DNA of 22,230 bases from Ascoidea asiatica JCM 7603. Lineage: Eukaryota; Fungi; Ascomycota. The position numbers and the translations under genes were made by a program. Of this stretch, positions 19,761 to 22,230 are shown one piece after another (the stretch's first letter is position 1; each line of letters begins with the position of its first letter). Under the pieces are notes generated by a model. The model saw only the letters and a program-made list of their open reading frames with translations, was not told the DNA's origin and searched no databases. The DNA is taken from the NCBI GenBank assembly GCA_001600695.1, contig BCKQ01000004.1:1022204-1044433 (forward strand), written 5' to 3'.

Positions 19761-20597
19761 TTATTTATTGTAGGATGTTGTAATGGTAGTGTTAAAGCAT
19801 ATGATTTAAGAATTAGTAAATCAATTTTAAAATTTAATATTAATAATAGTTATAGTCCTAGTAATGGTAATGGTAATACTCATATCAATGGACATAATAA
19901 TGATAATAGCTTTAGTAGTAGTGGTAGTAGTAATGAATATTTAATGAATTATGGAAATGATATAACTTGTTGTAAATTTTTACCAATAAATAATGGTATT
20001 CATAAACAATTCTCAATAGGTACTAATGAAAGAGATATTTACCTTTATGATCTAAGATGTGGTTCAATGGAATTGCAAAAATATTCTTATAATGATGTCT
20101 GCGGTTTTAATAATATAAATATAAATAATATTAATAATAGTTTTAATGGTGAAAATACAAATTCTATTATAGATGAATTAAATTTATATTCAAGAAATAA
20201 TCCAAGAGTTGAAATTGAAAATTTTAATTATAAATATGATTCAGAATTGGAATTTAATTCAAAATTGATTAATGGATTATTACCTCAAAATCAAGAGAAT
20301 ATAAATCACCAAGATAATACCTTAAACAGTACCCTGAATAATACTCAGAATAATAACCTGAATTCATATATTAATAGTGAAGATGATGATGGTATTATAG
20401 ATATAAATTTTTCTCAATCTTGTAGATTAATGTTCACCACAATTGATGGTATTGGTGGAGTTGTATGGGATATATTAAAAGGCACTATTGTCAAAAAATT
20501 TGATGATATTGGTCATATGGCAATTAGTCCAAATGGGTTAGCATTGGCTACAGATTCAATAACTAAAAATACCATTAATATATCGTGTGTGACATGA
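18939..20597 (+). CDS. Divergent heterotrimeric G-protein beta subunit-like WD40 protein (Ste4-like), 552 aa with Asn-rich insertions
   Basis: N-terminal coiled coil (LKDSNL), then G-beta-ordered motifs: LKGH, WSFDSKFLISS, LLLWD, GNLDNRCIIY, GYMTECSF, LITAS, LWDL, LSMD, FIVGCC, YDLR, DITCCKF, YDLRC, INFSQSCRLMF, VVWDILKG and ISPNGLALAT. Confidence 0.75.
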
Positions 20598-22230
20598 TTT
20601 AGAAAACCCTTGCTGAATTTTCTTCAATTATAATTATGTACTTCAACAGCAAAAATAATTAATCAAATTAATTTCAAAATTTTCATGATATATGCCACAT
20701 TTGAATTCAACTACACCAATATCATCAAATCTAATTCATCACAATAACCATTTCCACTGGTCTAATTATTATTTATACACAATATTTAATTTAATAGAAA
20801 ATTCAATTTAATGAAATACTTTTAATGCTAAATATTTTATTCAGGCAGTTTCTGTAAAAAATATTTCACCATCGAAACTGAGACCATGATTACGGTACTA
20901 CTTTTTTGCAGTAAAATCAAATATTAAAAACTCAGAATTTCAGAAATTAAAACTATCAAGCTGAACAAATTAAATTTCAATTAAACAAATATGTTGGAAA
21001 TTGAAACGAATAATACAACAAATAAGTTAATGCAACTAGAAAAAAAAAATAACTTGAAAAAAAATACAATTAATGAAAGGGATATTAATTGGTAATTGTG
21101 AATAAATTAAAAATTAATTTAATATGTTACATTTATGAATCAAGAAAATTTTTTCGAGATTTCAGTACCGAAATTGATTTTGAAGAGATACGAGTATCTT
21201 CGAAATAAAACATGAAATTAACAAGCAAAGTTAAAACAAATTACACCATTATTAAAGTAATAAGATTTCAATTCAGATTTCCCAATAATAGTAGTAAATC
21301 TCCATGCACTGAAAAGCATATTTTTCATGTACAGTTGATGAAACGAACACCATTCAGGAGTGAACATGTAGAAATCAAAGAAACTTTCCAATAAGTGATT
21401 CTTGCCTGAGAGAAATGAAAAAAGACATTCAGATAATTGATATAACTGAAAAAGACAAAACACCAAATTAAGTGAAACCACTGAACCTATTAGGAAAATA
21501 ACATTCAATAAATGCTCTAATTTTTTAATCACTTATCATCGGAGTAAAAGTTTCAATTGCAATTAATGAAATTAGTGAAATCCATTAAATTCTCCAAACT
21601 TTCATAACTCAAACTTTGCTTAAGAAAATCTCATAAAAAATAAATTGAAAAATAGCATAAACCTTATAAAGTGGCTGCGTGCAATCAAAGACAACTAAGC
21701 ATCAATTGGAAAATCTCAGAATTACTGAGATTAAAAGAAAGTATGTGTATAAACAGCTGATAACTCGTTAATTTCGATAACAAGATTCTTGCAAGATATT
21801 TGTAATAGTTACGAAAAATCCATCATAGAATATTTTTTACTTACACGCTACTGCAAGTCAATTCAGTCACTCTCAGAAGTCCATTCGATTCTCACCACTA
21901 AACCCACAAAACTACCACAATGACTAAACTGTCCCAAAATTTAGTTGAAAAAAAAGCTATCAGGATTCCTAACAGATATTAATTTCCTGTTTACAACCGA
22001 GTAACTCTATAACTATCTGGTTGAATGAGCGAAAAATGCGGTTTGTACTAATCAATTTTCTTCCACTTTAGCCTGCATCCAAAATAATATTTCTGCATTT
22101 CTATTCCAATTCTCATAAAGTTTCTTATTGATCACTGCGCAAATAAATAATGGTTTAAATTCAATTCTCTTTCAGATTTACCACCCAGAAATTTATTACA
22201 CTTTTCTTTTAATCGTTTACCTTTTATCAT

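Noticed and set aside
21212-21532. Short overlapping ORFs on both strands
   Set aside because: No recognisable motif or splice support.

Overview
This is a very AT-rich eukaryotic window. The gene set and the GTATGT/TACTAAC intron signals point to a budding yeast (Saccharomycotina); an Ascoidea-like species is my inference only. It holds nine protein-coding genes: MTQ2, a prenylcysteine oxidase-like flavoprotein, a spliced glutaredoxin-like gene, a spliced Gat2/Brg1-type GATA factor, TEP1/PTEN, a four-exon RUB1/NEDD8 missed by the ORF track, CLF1, KRE9 and a very divergent Ste4-like G-beta. The main result is an intron-containing tRNA gene (17747-17877) with a serine-tRNA body but a CAG (leucine-codon) anticodon, flanked by unusual A33 and A37. 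This implies CUG is read as Ser, or as both Ser and Leu. In-frame CUG codons are scarce (six in about 3,500 codons by manual scan), and several sit in Leu-like contexts. Secondary observations are AAG 3' splice sites in three of five introns, 18-nt micro-exons, an orphan Gcn4/Cbf1-like motif cluster upstream of the tRNA, and apparent loss of G-alpha-contact motifs in the G-beta.
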